Source: Nitrosopumilus sp.
GTDB lineage: Archaea > Thermoproteota > Nitrososphaeria > Nitrososphaerales > Nitrosopumilaceae
NCBI GenBank assembly: GCA_965197525.1
Contig: OZ240211.1
Coordinates: 896,001-960,000 of the forward strand
DNA: 64,000 nt
Direction of reading: 5' to 3'
Positions 1 to 11,276 of this stretch are shown in pieces. The notes under the pieces were generated by a model that saw nothing but the letters and a program-made list of their open reading frames with translations, had not been told where the DNA came from and ran no database searches. The position numbers were made by a program, and so were the translations under genes. Numbering within the stretch: position 1 is the first letter of the stretch; each line of letters starts with the position of its first letter.

Positions 1-260
1 GACTCAAATAAAGGCAATATTGCCAAATGTAACGAACCATTGGAACCTAAATTCTGTGTCCAACACTTGTAACGGGGGTGTTGTATAAAAAACGACGGAT
101 CGTCAGTTTTATCACAGTCACCAACATAACATATACTAAATTTATCAGCATTACGTAAAAGAATCAAATAAACTAATTTTTCCATAGGTGGGCCCCATTC
201 TTCAAGAGGAATTGGTCCGAGAAACTCATATTGAAGGATTTGTATGCTCAATAAATTCAT
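1..260 (-). CDS. conserved thaumarchaeal hypothetical protein (3' end runs off window)
   Basis: Hand translation: open frame MNLLSIQILQYEFLGPIPLEEWGPPMEKLVYLIL... from ATG 260 to the window edge; not in the ORF track. Confidence 0.6.
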   Translation of the reverse strand, partial: MNLLSIQILQYEFLGPIPLEEWGPPMEKLVYLILLRNADKFSICYVGDCDKTDDPSFFIQHPRYKCWTQNLGSNGSLHLAILPLFE

Positions 261-372
261 TACAAGATACTCTCTTTTCTGCTTTTCTTAAAAAAAGTAC
301 GTTATGGCATTAGTTGAGAAATAAAATTGCAGCTTGAAAAGATTAAATTCAAGGGTTATCGATTTCCAATAA

Positions 373-621
373 ATGAAAGAACCTCACAACCACGCGCAAG
401 TAGGATATTCTATGATTGTAGTCTCAGCAAGCCTTGCTGCAATTGCGCTTATAGGACTAGCGATAGGCGGAGACGTTCTTTTCTCAGACAACATACAAAG
501 GGATAATACAAGTCATTTCAATGAATGCAAAGCTAACGACTTTCAGCCAGAAGACTGTATAAAATACAGAGACAGAATCAACAATGACATATCGGGAATT
601 TATGTAGACTTTGATGAATGA
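373..621 (+). CDS. small single-TM hypothetical protein
   Basis: 82 aa ORF with one hydrophobic segment and a Cys pair. Confidence 0.6.
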   Translation: MKEPHNHAQVGYSMIVVSASLAAIALIGLAIGGDVLFSDNIQRDNTSHFNECKANDFQPEDCIKYRDRINNDISGIYVDFDE

Positions 622-935
622 CATCAAAAGTTAACAATCGCGATAGAATTCAAGTAAACCCAAAGATTATAGAATGACACCATCCGGGCATGTTTTTTAC
701 GTTCAGTACGAGGTGTCATTTTAAAAGAATTTTGGAGTTTGGCCTATTTGTTAGCAAAAAACGTAATCAAGTACGAGTAAACATAACGGAAAAATAGAGA
801 GATATCATTTACAAGATTGAGAATAATTAGAAATGTATGTATAATTAGCATTACATTTAAAATCTAAACATGTAGCGGCAACTCTAAAGACTGCATCATT
901 GAAATAATAAAACAGCGTAAGATAAAATATAAAGT

Positions 936-1622
936 TTAGAAACCATTGGCATAGTCACTTAGCATATTTTGGTTTTTGGTAAGTTTATTCATTGCATAAA
1001 ATGCACCACCGACAATTCCTGCCTGATAGAAAGTATACAAGAAAACATTTGACACGGTGTGATCAGACTGTGTAAAGCTCAGAGCAAGAATTGTAAAGAA
1101 TATGAAAATGCCTACAAAAGTCATAAATCTGTTTATAATGCCATTATCCATTCCAACAAGTCGATGAGTTGCTGTTGCCATCAAAACGATACTGCTTATA
1201 ATCAGAAAAGTTGCGCCTCCATTTACCAGAATAAACTCATTTATCCAAGGTAAGATCTCACCATCAAAGGAGAGAATACCTGGGAGGATACTGCCACCGT
1301 TTATTGCAAAATTTACAGAGCTAAATATGCCACCTATAACAAAAAAGAATAGGAATACCTTGATAACTGATCTCTTAAGTGGACTGCGAATCTCTGATGG
1401 CGCTACGGCTCGTTGAGTAATTCGAACCCCGTAGATAAATCCCAGAATCATTGCAGGGACAAACATGATAGGAATCAGAAATGGAAAGTTTTGACTAAGG
1501 GAGGCGATCTCTGTACTAAAAACTAGAAATATTATGATTGCAATTGAAGCAGAGATGCAAGAGAACAACAAGTTCTGAGCAGTATGGCCTTTAGAACTTT
1601 GAGGATTATCCCAGTTATACAT
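936..1622 (-). CDS. multi-pass membrane hypothetical protein
   Basis: 228 aa ORF with about 6 hydrophobic segments. Confidence 0.75.
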   Translation of the reverse strand: MYNWDNPQSSKGHTAQNLLFSCISASIAIIIFLVFSTEIASLSQNFPFLIPIMFVPAMILGFIYGVRITQRAVAPSEIRSPLKRSVIKVFLFFFVIGGIFSSVNFAINGGSILPGILSFDGEILPWINEFILVNGGATFLIISSIVLMATATHRLVGMDNGIINRFMTFVGIFIFFTILALSFTQSDHTVSNVFLYTFYQAGIVGGAFYAMNKLTKNQNMLSDYANGF

Positions 1623-1725
1623 GATATCAGTTTTGAAGAAGATGATTAAACCACGAATCTAAAAATCATTTGGGTAAATAATCAATTCTGTTTACCCTTT
1701 TTAATGGAGACGCAGAGCATAACTC

Positions 1726-1938
1726 ATGAGAGTAGGCAAGACGCTAGTTACGCTAGGCTCAATTATCAGCGTGCTAGGGTTTATCTTTCATCTCCAAGGG
1801 CAGGCAGTACTAGGTCCAGAATCCTCGTTTATGTACTCGAATCCGGATTGGGTTACGCTAGGCATACAAATAATGATTACAGGATTTGTCATAATAGGCA
1901 TAGGCAGTGTTGTGATCATCAGAAAACAAGCTAGATGA
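1726..1938 (+). CDS. small two-TM membrane protein
   Basis: 70 aa, two hydrophobic helices around a GPESSFM loop. Confidence 0.65.
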   Translation: MRVGKTLVTLGSIISVLGFIFHLQGQAVLGPESSFMYSNPDWVTLGIQIMITGFVIIGIGSVVIIRKQAR

Positions 1939-1951
1939 CCTCAAACAGAGA

Positions 1952-3202
1952 TTAGAAGCCTGCAGCCATTGGATCATCAGGTTTCATCATCTCCCGTAAC
2001 AGAATTGTTGCAAAACTACCACGAGACAAGGAAAATTCTACAACACTATCATTGCCATCGTCTGAAACAGAAGAGGAGTAATTAGAACACTGGATTGCTG
2101 CCTGTCTGAATCCCCCCTCACTGCTTGCCTCTTGCATCTCTTTGATAAAAAAATCTTTAGGAGAGATCTCTTCTTGCTGTAATACTTTGGATATGTGATG
2201 ATCAAATCTTGTTTTTTTGTAATATGAATAACCAACAAACGGCAATGCCAAATGCTGCTGATCCAAGCCTTGTGTATGCTTTCCTATGATTCCATGTTTA
2301 TCAAAACACACATCACCTTGATACGCATTAAACAGATCTTCGCCGTCTAAAAACGCAAAGCTAAGAGATTGGTTAAAGATAAAAGATTGATAGGCTTGAA
2401 TGTAAAATCGTCTTAGCGATACAGGAATGGAGCGTAATGCACGAATCGGATCATCGTGTTCAATGATCTCTTTTAGAACTATTCTTTCAATATCCATCTG
2501 TGGTGGAACTTGATCAAAATATTTTTTATAATTCTCTTTATCAGATAGTTTTTGGCGAATTTCGGTATTTTCTTTAGAATCATAAACTGATGTAAATGAT
2601 AAGATGAGTTCTATTGCTTGCGCAAAATCTCGTTGTAGTATGGCCTTGCCAATTAAATGAGTTACAGGTCGTTTTGAACCAAAACGCTGATATCCATAAA
2701 AATTCAAAACGCGGTCATGCTCTGTAAAATCAGATAGATTGCCCTTAGAGCCAGTAATTTTCAACGTAAAACGATTTCCCACCATATCTTTTTTTGAGAG
2801 AGGTTTTTTCACAAACCCAATCTTTTCAAGAGAGTATCTAGGAGTTGAAAAATCCTCAATCGGCTTGCATTTATTTTGAGAGCAGACAAACTGCTCAGTC
2901 ACAGCAGATGCGTCCTTTAACCCAAGAGATTTTAGTCGTATGCCCCTGTATCTGAAGATCTCAGAGAGTGCGTGGTTTGTGTCAATTCTACGCTTTTTTA
3001 GTTTGTATACAGCGTATCCTTCTTTTTCTTGGTGTTGTTGTTGTTGACGATGATTAATAGATGCGTGTATCTTCTCAGAGATTAGCTCATCTACTTTGAA
3101 ATCATCAGGCTCAACTCGAATTTTGCCTCCAACTCCATCAAATTGTGTGCTGTATACCGTAATACCTATTTGAGAATCTAGTGAAGGGACGGGTTGTGTC
3201 AC
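1952..3202 (-). CDS. truD: tRNA pseudouridine(13) synthase TruD
   Basis: Motifs GLKDASAVTEQF, GNRFTL, NFYGYQRFG and FSLSRGSFATILLRE. Confidence 0.92.
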   Translation of the reverse strand: MTQPVPSLDSQIGITVYSTQFDGVGGKIRVEPDDFKVDELISEKIHASINHRQQQQHQEKEGYAVYKLKKRRIDTNHALSEIFRYRGIRLKSLGLKDASAVTEQFVCSQNKCKPIEDFSTPRYSLEKIGFVKKPLSKKDMVGNRFTLKITGSKGNLSDFTEHDRVLNFYGYQRFGSKRPVTHLIGKAILQRDFAQAIELILSFTSVYDSKENTEIRQKLSDKENYKKYFDQVPPQMDIERIVLKEIIEHDDPIRALRSIPVSLRRFYIQAYQSFIFNQSLSFAFLDGEDLFNAYQGDVCFDKHGIIGKHTQGLDQQHLALPFVGYSYYKKTRFDHHISKVLQQEEISPKDFFIKEMQEASSEGGFRQAAIQCSNYSSSVSDDGNDSVVEFSLSRGSFATILLREMMKPDDPMAAGF

Positions 3203-4863
3203 GTTATAGTCACTGTAACATATTTACTGACAGCGACATCTGGTAGTTGACCACCTAGAAGAATTTTGTAGGTTCCCGGCAATATGTCATTTGATGCGTA
3301 TATAACAACAGAGATTTGAGTAGGGGCAGCAGAGGTCCCATCGTTGGTATCATCATCATCATTATTATTATTATTATTAGCGCCGTCTAATTGGAATGTA
3401 GAAAAGGATTCGTCAAACGGCTGCACGCTGATAAGAGGAGAAGCAGAAGATGCAACCAATGATACATCTAGGACGTCTTGAATTGCAGCATTGTTAGGCG
3501 ATATTGCAAAGTCAAATAACTGCAAAGTGCCATTAGTCATACTAATATTAGTGCCAGACGGAAATGACACCTCAAGTGGCAATGGAACAGATGTATCAAC
3601 AACGCCTATATTATTTTCAACCCATTCAGTAAACCAAATCTTTTCACCATCAATTGCAAAGTCAAAGATTTGGGCAATACCGCAGTCATCAAACACTAGA
3701 CCGCTTGGAGCAACGCAGTCTCCCCAGCCAGGATTCTTTGAAGGAACATGGTACTCCACCAGAGATTGAGATACTGGATCCATTACTGAGATATTGTTAG
3801 CTGTCTGTTCGTTGAACACAACACGTCCCAAGGAATCAGACTCGATCCAATATGGTCTGGATATAGGGGATTGCACTACTCCCGTAAGATTGCCGTACGT
3901 GTCAGGTAGCGGGTTAGCAGTTACGTATTGAACGAACTCTTCAGTCACGGGATCAAAACTAAAGAAGGATGACGAAGTTGTATCAGCTAACCAAAGAGTG
4001 CCATCATCTGTAAAGGTAACGCCGTTTGGTGTATTCAATTCAAGAGGAAGTAGAAAAACGTCAATAAAGTTAGTCAAGGGAAGAAACTGTGAACCAGAGA
4101 TGGCGACTGCTGTACGATACTCATTTTGTTTGAATTTTACCAGGGCCCCACCTTGTTGGAATAACCAGTTTGTGTACCAGACATTATCATCAACATCTAA
4201 TGCAAAATCTGAAGTGGCAGAGTTATTCAGGGCAGATGGTATACTAAGATAATTTGCATCTTCTTGATTAGATGTAGGATTCATAAACGTAAGCTGATCT
4301 CCGGTAAAATCGTTAATAATTATTTGAGATCCGTCAACCAAGAGTTTTTGGGGCAGAGAATCACCGGTTGAAGGATAGGATAGCCGATTGTACTCTTCAT
4401 CAAATGTGGAGAATTGCCATACTATATCGTGTGCCTCATCAGTAAACCAGAGAGAACCGTCAGGTGCGTAATCCATTCCCCACATCATAGAACGGGCGCC
4501 AGGTGGCCAGGAAGGGTTGTCATATTCAGTAAACAACTCGGTAACAGGATTGAATTTTGCAATATTGCCGGTATTGGTCTGGGCAAACCAAACATTTCCG
4601 TCATAATCAGTTACAATAGCTAGTGGATTTGTACAGGGTGTAGGAATTGAAAACTCTTGAACATAGTCAGTGGATTCTGCAGTACCCGATCCACAAAACT
4701 GAGCGCGTTGATCATCAGGAAAATTATCAGCAGGAGTTCCGGTGATGGTTGTGGTAGGGGTGTCAGTAGAAGGAGGCGCAACCATCATGCTTTGTAATCC
4801 AAAACCAGAAGTTACCATAATTCCACCAAAGAACAGAACGACTAAAAGCCCCTTTTTCTTCAT
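3199..4863 (-). CDS. exported virginiamycin B lyase (Vgb)-like beta-propeller protein
   Basis: Signal peptide; repeated GNVWF / GSLWFTD / IWFTEW propeller motifs. Confidence 0.75.
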   Translation of the reverse strand: MKKKGLLVVLFFGGIMVTSGFGLQSMMVAPPSTDTPTTTITGTPADNFPDDQRAQFCGSGTAESTDYVQEFSIPTPCTNPLAIVTDYDGNVWFAQTNTGNIAKFNPVTELFTEYDNPSWPPGARSMMWGMDYAPDGSLWFTDEAHDIVWQFSTFDEEYNRLSYPSTGDSLPQKLLVDGSQIIINDFTGDQLTFMNPTSNQEDANYLSIPSALNNSATSDFALDVDDNVWYTNWLFQQGGALVKFKQNEYRTAVAISGSQFLPLTNFIDVFLLPLELNTPNGVTFTDDGTLWLADTTSSSFFSFDPVTEEFVQYVTANPLPDTYGNLTGVVQSPISRPYWIESDSLGRVVFNEQTANNISVMDPVSQSLVEYHVPSKNPGWGDCVAPSGLVFDDCGIAQIFDFAIDGEKIWFTEWVENNIGVVDTSVPLPLEVSFPSGTNISMTNGTLQLFDFAISPNNAAIQDVLDVSLVASSASPLISVQPFDESFSTFQLDGANNNNNNDDDDTNDGTSAAPTQISVVIYASNDILPGTYKILLGGQLPDVAVSKYVTVTIT

Positions 4864-4905
4864 AAAAAAAATATCGTGTCTTGTTATATTATCGTATACC
4901 CATGA

Positions 4906-5271
4906 TCACAGTAGCTTTAGATCGCCTGTGATCTTGTCAATTAAATCCCCGGGTGCGGGACCTATTGAGATGCATGTGATTGTGCCAGGTGAAATCTGAG
5001 TATGGCCTGCATCAGTTACCTCAGACCATGGAAGATTCAAGTCAATTGCACGTATCTTTACATCCTGCAGAATCTTAAGACTAGATACTTTGAGGACCAC
5101 CTTTGCTTGGGAGCCGTGTTCTGACTCCCACCACCGGTCGTACCATTGAGGATGAGAACGTTTAGCGTGCTCTGCTCCAAGAATACATGCATGACCTACC
5201 TGGGCTGCAATCTTACCTTTTCCCATTTTTAGATCAGTTCGTACTACTATTACCTGTTTAACATCAATCAT
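4906..5271 (-). CDS. pth2: peptidyl-tRNA hydrolase 2
   Basis: KQVIVVRTDLKMGKGKIAAQVGHA and DAGHTQI motifs. Confidence 0.95.
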   Translation of the reverse strand: MIDVKQVIVVRTDLKMGKGKIAAQVGHACILGAEHAKRSHPQWYDRWWESEHGSQAKVVLKVSSLKILQDVKIRAIDLNLPWSEVTDAGHTQISPGTITCISIGPAPGDLIDKITGDLKLL

Positions 5272-5642
5272 AATACTATGAAATACTAGTATTATGAAAA
5301 ACTTTGGAAGTAGGGCTTTGTCAAACCTGCAGTGGGCATTCTAGGTGGAAATTATCGATTGATGACATTTTGAGCTGTACCGCATCAGGAACGCAGACGC
5401 CGTGATGATTTAGTATATTTACATTCGTCCAAAAAATCTTATTTTTTAATCTGTTTGTGTAATAAATTGATCCTATCATTAATAAAGAGTTATTAATAAT
5501 TATAATTGGTGAAATATATGAATGAGACAACCGATACCTATGTTGAAGATATTGTCTTTGATGATGGTGAAAAAATTGAAATAGCATGTTCCTACCCTGA
5601 TGCAGAAACTGCTATAAAGGCTTTACATGACTCAACTGAGTA

Positions 5643-5891
5643 ATGACAAAGCCTAAAAACCTCATTTCATTTTCTACTGATTTTAAAAAACAATATCCTA
5701 ATAGACCTAAACCTGTACGTAACGACATTGATAATATTATAAAAGAATTAACAAAAGTTGTTCAATATATTTTAAAAAATAATCTTCCATTTAGAAAAAT
5801 GAAAATGTCTATTAGAATAGAATATTCTAACGAAGCATTAAGTGTAATTATTTTACCAGTTCCTAGAATAATTATCAAACGTATTGAATAA
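5643..5891 (+). CDS. small basic hypothetical protein (cargo)
   Basis: 82 aa AT-rich ORF inside the element; no recognised motif. Confidence 0.3.
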   Translation: MTKPKNLISFSTDFKKQYPNRPKPVRNDIDNIIKELTKVVQYILKNNLPFRKMKMSIRIEYSNEALSVIILPVPRIIIKRIE

Positions 5892-6359
5892 TTTACGTTT
5901 ACTTGCATTTTGAATTAATGTAATCCGCTTGTTATTTCCATTAATTTTAATTCCATATTTTTCACTCGAAGTTTTACCGTCTAACGCTTGATGTTGCCTG
6001 AAATAGGTATGATAAATCTCGTAACCCTTTAACAAAACAGTATCATTTGTTTTTTTTAGACCTCGCATTATCTTTTCTTTATCTCTAATCTCATCGTTCA
6101 GTCTTTCCATCTTGTTATTGTTCATGTCATCTTGTAGATGGATATATTTGATATATGATGTCCTATCTGCACGTTTAGCAGTCCAGAACTCTTTTTCGTA
6201 AGCATCAGGATATGATCCTAACTCATCTATGATGAACACTTTAGATCTTGTACCTGTTACGTCCTTAGATTTCCTTAGACCTAGTGCATATTGATGAATT
6301 GGACAAACCATTAGAAAATCAAACGTTTTTAGAACTGCCTCAATGGAAAAGACATTCAT
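5853..6359 (-). pseudogene. C-terminal remnant of IS6-family transposase
   Basis: DDMNNNKMERLN...YFRQHQALDGKTSSEKYGIKINGNNKRITLIQNAS aligns by eye with the C-terminus of the intact transposase at 26604-27728. Confidence 0.75.
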
Positions 6360-6416
6360 TACAATACACTGTCAGGGTTTTGCGTCTTATTGTAGAAACA
6401 TAAATGAAAAACATAA

Positions 6417-6780
6417 ATGAAAAACATAAACAAGATTAATTCTAGATTACAAAAACTACTCAATACCAATGAATTTAAGACAATTAAGGAAGAAGTTGGG
6501 CAAATTAGAAATGAAGATATTCCTGCACTTGAATCCATTAGAAAACTTACTGCCGGTTTGGAAAAATCCAAAAATAAGAAGGTCGATTATATTGGATAAT
6601 TCTGATGAATACATAGAAGAAGGAGTCATTGAAAAACTCCATTATTCTTTAGAACTTCAAAAATTGACAAATGAGATGTCTTTTCATCTGGCAGATAGTA
6701 CAAGATGGTTACATCACTATTGTAAGAAAAATAATATCCCATTATCCGATCAGGATAGAATTAACGAAATAGTAGATTAG
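6417..6780 (+). pseudogene. probably frameshifted hypothetical gene
   Basis: Two overlapping ORFs (6417-6599, 6469-6780) that read as one protein across a frame change near 6590. Confidence 0.35.
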
Positions 6781-6883
6781 GTAATCAAATTAAATGATGA
6801 TTCCCACCAAAAATTTATGCCTAATTTTTCAACTGCAGGTTTGGCATAGCCTGAAATAAATAATTGATAAAGAGACAGTACCT

Positions 6884-8038
6884 ATGAAGTTTGACGTAGT
6901 GATAGCAGGAGGAAGTGTCGCAGGATTACTGTGTGCAAGGGAGATAGCATCAAGGAATTTTTCGGTACTTGTAATTGAAGAAGATTACGAGATAGGCACG
7001 CCTGAACATTGCGGAGGACTAGTGAGCATGGCAGGATTAAAAGAGCTTGGAGTGATTCCGTTTAGAAGAACATTTGATCACATGATAGAGTCAGCGGAGA
7101 TAGTATCTCCGAATGGAACTAGTTTTACCATCAACTCAGAGAAACAAAGAGTTGCAGAGATAAGCAGAAGAGAATTAGACAAACAGATAGCTTTTCAGGC
7201 CCAAAGAAATGGTGCGACTATCAAAGTTAGAACTAGTTTCCAAGAAAGAACAGAGACAGGAATCAGAACAAACAATGAAAAGATTGACTGTAATATCTTC
7301 GTTGATGCACGAGGGGCAGCATCACTGATACACAGAGACAGAACAGGAATGCTGCCGTCAGCACAATACGAGATATATGCTGACTGGATAAAGAAAGGAA
7401 AGATCAAAGTAATCTTCGATCAGATAAGATACCCAGGATTCTTTGCATGGATAATTCCATCTGATGAAGGAAGAGGAAAGGTAGGGGTTGCGGGAAGAGG
7501 AATCAATGTAGCTGAAACTTTGGATAAGATTCTCGAGGAACAAGGTAAACATGCAATCATAAGAAAGATCTTTGCGCCAATATGGATAAAAGGTCCAATC
7601 AAAGACTTCGTTGATGGTAGCACCACAACGGTGATAGTAGGAGATGCAGCAGGGCAGGCAAAACCAACTACGGCAGGCGGAATATTCACTAGCGGAATGG
7701 GTGGAGTGTATGCAGGGCAAGCAATATCAGAATTTTTAGAGACAGGTAACAAAAAAGATTTGGAAAAGTATCAAAAGAGATGGACTGCAAGATTTGGTAA
7801 AGAGTTTGACAAACAACTCCATGCAAGAAAGATATTAGAACGAATAGACAATGACACCATCGACAAACTATTTGAGGCAATTACACCTGATACCATAGAG
7901 GAGATCTCACAGAGAGATGACTTTGATTTTCATACCAAATCAATTATAAAATTAATAGGACTAAAGACCTCAATTAAGACTGCCAAAATACTAATCAGCC
8001 AAGAGATCAGAAAACTGCAAAGTGATAATAATACATGA
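6884..8038 (+). CDS. geranylgeranyl reductase-family FAD oxidoreductase
   Basis: GGSVAG Rossmann motif, EHCGG, YAWIIP-like and VGDAAGQAKPTTAGGI motifs. Confidence 0.85.
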   Translation: MKFDVVIAGGSVAGLLCAREIASRNFSVLVIEEDYEIGTPEHCGGLVSMAGLKELGVIPFRRTFDHMIESAEIVSPNGTSFTINSEKQRVAEISRRELDKQIAFQAQRNGATIKVRTSFQERTETGIRTNNEKIDCNIFVDARGAASLIHRDRTGMLPSAQYEIYADWIKKGKIKVIFDQIRYPGFFAWIIPSDEGRGKVGVAGRGINVAETLDKILEEQGKHAIIRKIFAPIWIKGPIKDFVDGSTTTVIVGDAAGQAKPTTAGGIFTSGMGGVYAGQAISEFLETGNKKDLEKYQKRWTARFGKEFDKQLHARKILERIDNDTIDKLFEAITPDTIEEISQRDDFDFHTKSIIKLIGLKTSIKTAKILISQEIRKLQSDNNT

Positions 8039-8297
8039 TATGTGCAAGATTAGTTACAAGTGTTGATTGATAGATAGATAGATAGATAGACTGAATATGG
8101 CTGATAAAACATATTATCTGGATTTGTTATGTGAGGATGGAATCAGAAGAGTGTTTTGCTGTCACACAGCTTATTCAAAAAGTAATAGAAAAAGATGAAC
8201 TTTTTTTTAGAAAAATTTCCAAGCGGATTCAGATAACTATTAAGACTATTCCTTAGCATAAGGTATAAATGATGTTTGCAGAAAAATTCAATACAAC

Positions 8298-8477
8298 ATG
8301 TCGTCAACTATCTCATTACCAACGTGTTGCTGTTGTCACAGGCACATTATGCCTAATGATAAATGCGTAAAATTCAACTGTCCTAGTTGTGGCGTAGATT
8401 TAATTTGGAGATGTCAAAGTTGCAGAGAGTCAGCAAGAAATTATACATGCACTCAATGTAATTTTAGAGGGCCTTAG
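8298..8477 (+). CDS. DUF1610-like zinc-ribbon protein
   Basis: Hand translation [32 protein letters not shown]...WRCQSCR...[11 protein letters not shown]; typical position upstream of EF-1beta; missed by the ORF track. Confidence 0.8.
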   Translation: MSSTISLPTCCCCHRHIMPNDKCVKFNCPSCGVDLIWRCQSCRESARNYTCTQCNFRGP

Positions 8478-8481
8478 AGAT

Positions 8482-8763
8482 ATGGCTCAATTACTACTAG
8501 TAGTAAAAATCCTTCCGTCTGGAACGGATGTAAACTTGGATAGCCTAGCTGAATCCATCAAGACAGCGCTAAAAGAAGGAATCGTCATGAAGAGACATGT
8601 AAAAGAACCATTGGCATTCGGATTAGAATTTATCAAAGCAGAATTCATAGTTGGCGATAAAGAAGGACAGATGGATAAATTAGAAGAATCTATCAGATCA
8701 GTTGACGGAGTAAGTGAATTTGAAGTACTCAATATGAGTAGAATGTCAGTTGATATGAAATAG
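8482..8763 (+). CDS. ef1B: translation elongation factor aEF-1beta
   Basis: EPLAFGL motif, 93 aa. Confidence 0.95.
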   Translation: MAQLLLVVKILPSGTDVNLDSLAESIKTALKEGIVMKRHVKEPLAFGLEFIKAEFIVGDKEGQMDKLEESIRSVDGVSEFEVLNMSRMSVDMK

Positions 8764-8771
8764 GTGATTCC

Positions 8772-10958
8772 ATGATACGCAAAGAAGAAACTTTGCAGGT
8801 GAGGGTAGGAGAAGCAAAACAAAGAGACGTTGGAAAAAAACGTGCAAGAATTGGCACAGAAGCCATGGATTTTCTCAAAGTTAGTTCAGGCGATATTGTT
8901 GAAGTTTTGGGTTCTAGAACAAGTTGCGCAGTTGTTTGGCCGGTTGACGAAGATGAAAGATCAACTGATATAATCAGAATCGATGGGCAGACAAGAAAGA
9001 ATGTAGGTGCGTCACTAAATGACGTTGTAAAGATTAGAAAGGTGACATCAAAGATCGCAAAAACCATATCTTTGATGCCAGTTAATGATTCAGTTACAGT
9101 CGACAAAGAGTTTACAGATTTTGTAAAAAATAGATTAAAAGGAATGCCGATCGTTCACGGAGATGAGATCTCTGTAATGATTCTGGGAAATTCTATGGAC
9201 TTTAAGATTACAAAGACTACACCAAAAGGAGTAATCAAGATAGACCGTACTACAAATCTCAGCATCTCAACTGAGATGTCAGTTGATAGAAAAGTCAGGG
9301 TGACGTACGAGGAGGTAGGAGGATTAAGGAACGAAGTCAAGGCAATGAGAGAGATTGTAGAGCTGCCACTAAAACATCCAGAATTATTTGCAAGATTGGG
9401 AATTGAACCACATAGCGGAATACTGCTTTATGGTCCACCAGGATGTGGGAAGACGCTACTTGCAAAAGTTATGGCAAGTGAATCAGAGGCAAACATGTTC
9501 CCAATTAACGGTCCTGAAATCATGAACAAATATTATGGAGAGACAGAGGCGAAACTGAGAGATATTTTTAAAGAAGCCAAAGACAACGCTCCAAGTATAA
9601 TATTCATAGATGAAATTGATGCCATTGCGCCAAAGAGAGAAGAAGCATATGGTGATGTAGAGAAGAGAGTTGTGGCTCAATTACTGGCATTAATGGATGG
9701 CCTAAATGAGAGAGGCAACGTTATCGTACTAGGTGCAACAAACAGGCCAGACAGTATTGATCCAGCATTGCGAAGACCTGGTAGATTTGATAGAGAGTTT
9801 GAGATATCGGTACCAAATGAGGATGAGAGATTAGAGATTCTGGAGATTCATGCAAGAGTGATGCCGCTTAGTAAGGAGAATGACTTGAAGGCACTAGCAT
9901 CAGAGTTGCACGGATACACAGGTGCTGACATCAAATCACTATGTAGGGAGGCAGCACTAAAGTCAATTAGAAGATACATTCCAGAGATAGATTTAGAGAC
10001 AGAAAAGATCCCATCAGAGGTACTACAATCAATGCAGATTAAACCAATTGACTTTGAGGACGCAATGCATGAGGTTGTACCTACTGCAATGAGGGAGTTT
10101 TATGTTGAGAGATCAAAAGTATGGTGGCAGGATGTTGGAGGATTAGACGAGACTAAAAAATCTCTGACAGATAATTTGGCAGTTGCGATGAAAGAGCCTA
10201 GTAAATTTACAAAATTGGGAATAAGACCTCCAAAAGGAGCTCTAATTTATGGTCCACCAGGATGCGGAAAAACCCTACTAGGACGAGCACTAGCTACTGA
10301 GACTGGTGCAAATATGATTCTAGTCAGAGGTCCTGAAATACTCTCAAAGTGGCTTGGCGAATCAGAGAAGGCAGTCAGAGAGATATTCAGAAAGGCAAAA
10401 ACCTCATCTCCCTGCGTGATAATTTTTGATGAATTAGACTCACTTGCACGCTACAGATCAGGTGATAGCAGTAATAGTGGAAGCGGAGGAACAAATGAGA
10501 CCATTCTAAGTCAGCTATTAACTGAGATTGAAGAAGGCATATCATCCCGAGTAGTCATAATTGGAATCACTAACAGACCAGATGTTTTAGATAGTTCACT
10601 GCTAAGAACAGGAAGGTTAGATTTAGCACTTTATGTAGGGCCGCCAGATGAGAAAGGAAGATTGGAGATTATTAAGATCCTGACAAAAAAGATGCCGCTT
10701 GCAGGGGATGTAAAACTAAAAGAGATAGCAGTTGCCACTACAAATTATACCGGTGCAGATTTAGCTGCACTTTGTAGAGAGGCAGCAGTTGAGGCTATGC
10801 GAAACAATTCTGCAAAAATTTCTAGCCATGACTTTGCAAGCAGTTTGAAACAAGTCAAACCATCAATTACTAAAGAGATTGACCAGTGGTACAACACCGT
10901 AAAGGAAAGTATATCTAACGTCATACCCAAGTCAGGGGATAAATCATTTTACGGATGA
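8772..10958 (+). CDS. cdc48: CDC48/VCP AAA+ ATPase
   Basis: N-domain plus two GPPGCGKT Walker A motifs, DEID/DELD Walker [10 protein letters not shown]. Confidence 0.95.
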   Translation: MIRKEETLQVRVGEAKQRDVGKKRARIGTEAMDFLKVSSGDIVEVLGSRTSCAVVWPVDEDERSTDIIRIDGQTRKNVGASLNDVVKIRKVTSKIAKTISLMPVNDSVTVDKEFTDFVKNRLKGMPIVHGDEISVMILGNSMDFKITKTTPKGVIKIDRTTNLSISTEMSVDRKVRVTYEEVGGLRNEVKAMREIVELPLKHPELFARLGIEPHSGILLYGPPGCGKTLLAKVMASESEANMFPINGPEIMNKYYGETEAKLRDIFKEAKDNAPSIIFIDEIDAIAPKREEAYGDVEKRVVAQLLALMDGLNERGNVIVLGATNRPDSIDPALRRPGRFDREFEISVPNEDERLEILEIHARVMPLSKENDLKALASELHGYTGADIKSLCREAALKSIRRYIPEIDLETEKIPSEVLQSMQIKPIDFEDAMHEVVPTAMREFYVERSKVWWQDVGGLDETKKSLTDNLAVAMKEPSKFTKLGIRPPKGALIYGPPGCGKTLLGRALATETGANMILVRGPEILSKWLGESEKAVREIFRKAKTSSPCVIIFDELDSLARYRSGDSSNSGSGGTNETILSQLLTEIEEGISSRVVIIGITNRPDVLDSSLLRTGRLDLALYVGPPDEKGRLEIIKILTKKMPLAGDVKLKEIAVATTNYTGADLAALCREAAVEAMRNNSAKISSHDFASSLKQVKPSITKEIDQWYNTVKESISNVIPKSGDKSFYG

Positions 10959-10970
10959 TGATGAAGATAA

Positions 10971-11273
10971 ATGGCAATACCAATAAGAAACACAGTATAC
11001 GAAAAGATACAACAGGCAAATACACTAACGGATGTTGAGCTCTACAAAAATCTAATAAAAAACGGACATGTTATTGCAGATGACAGATTCAACAAGATAC
11101 TTTTAGATTTGGAGATTCTAGGCCTCATAAAGGTATCATGGGTTACAAAAGATGAACGCAGAATACAGATTACATCAGGAGTAGAAGAAAAAGAGATGGA
11201 TAAAATCGAAGAGCAGAACAAACAGACAATAGAAAAAGATTACGAAGCCAGTTTCCCAGGTGTAGATAAGTAA
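10971..11273 (+). CDS. small winged-helix-like hypothetical protein
   Basis: 100 aa following cdc48; FNKILLDLEILGLIKVSW wing-like segment. Confidence 0.65.
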   Translation: MAIPIRNTVYEKIQQANTLTDVELYKNLIKNGHVIADDRFNKILLDLEILGLIKVSWVTKDERRIQITSGVEEKEMDKIEEQNKQTIEKDYEASFPGVDK

Positions 11274-11276
11274 CTA

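Larger units (their letters stand above)
5314..6851. mobile_element. decayed IS6-family element with AT-rich cargo
   Basis: TIRs GGCTTTGTCAAACCTGCAGT (5314) and reverse complement of GGCTATGCCAAACCTGCAGT (ends 6851) match 18/20; contains a transposase remnant; flanking 8-mers match only 5/8. Confidence 0.65.

Noticed and set aside
673-720. 9-bp inverted repeat AATGACACC / GGTGTCATT
   Set aside because: Single short intergenic palindrome with no TSD and no second copy noticed.
5355-5415. Possible C/D-box sRNA or tRNA (two TGATGA motifs in a GC-richer patch)
   Set aside because: No properly placed CTGA D box and no cloverleaf.
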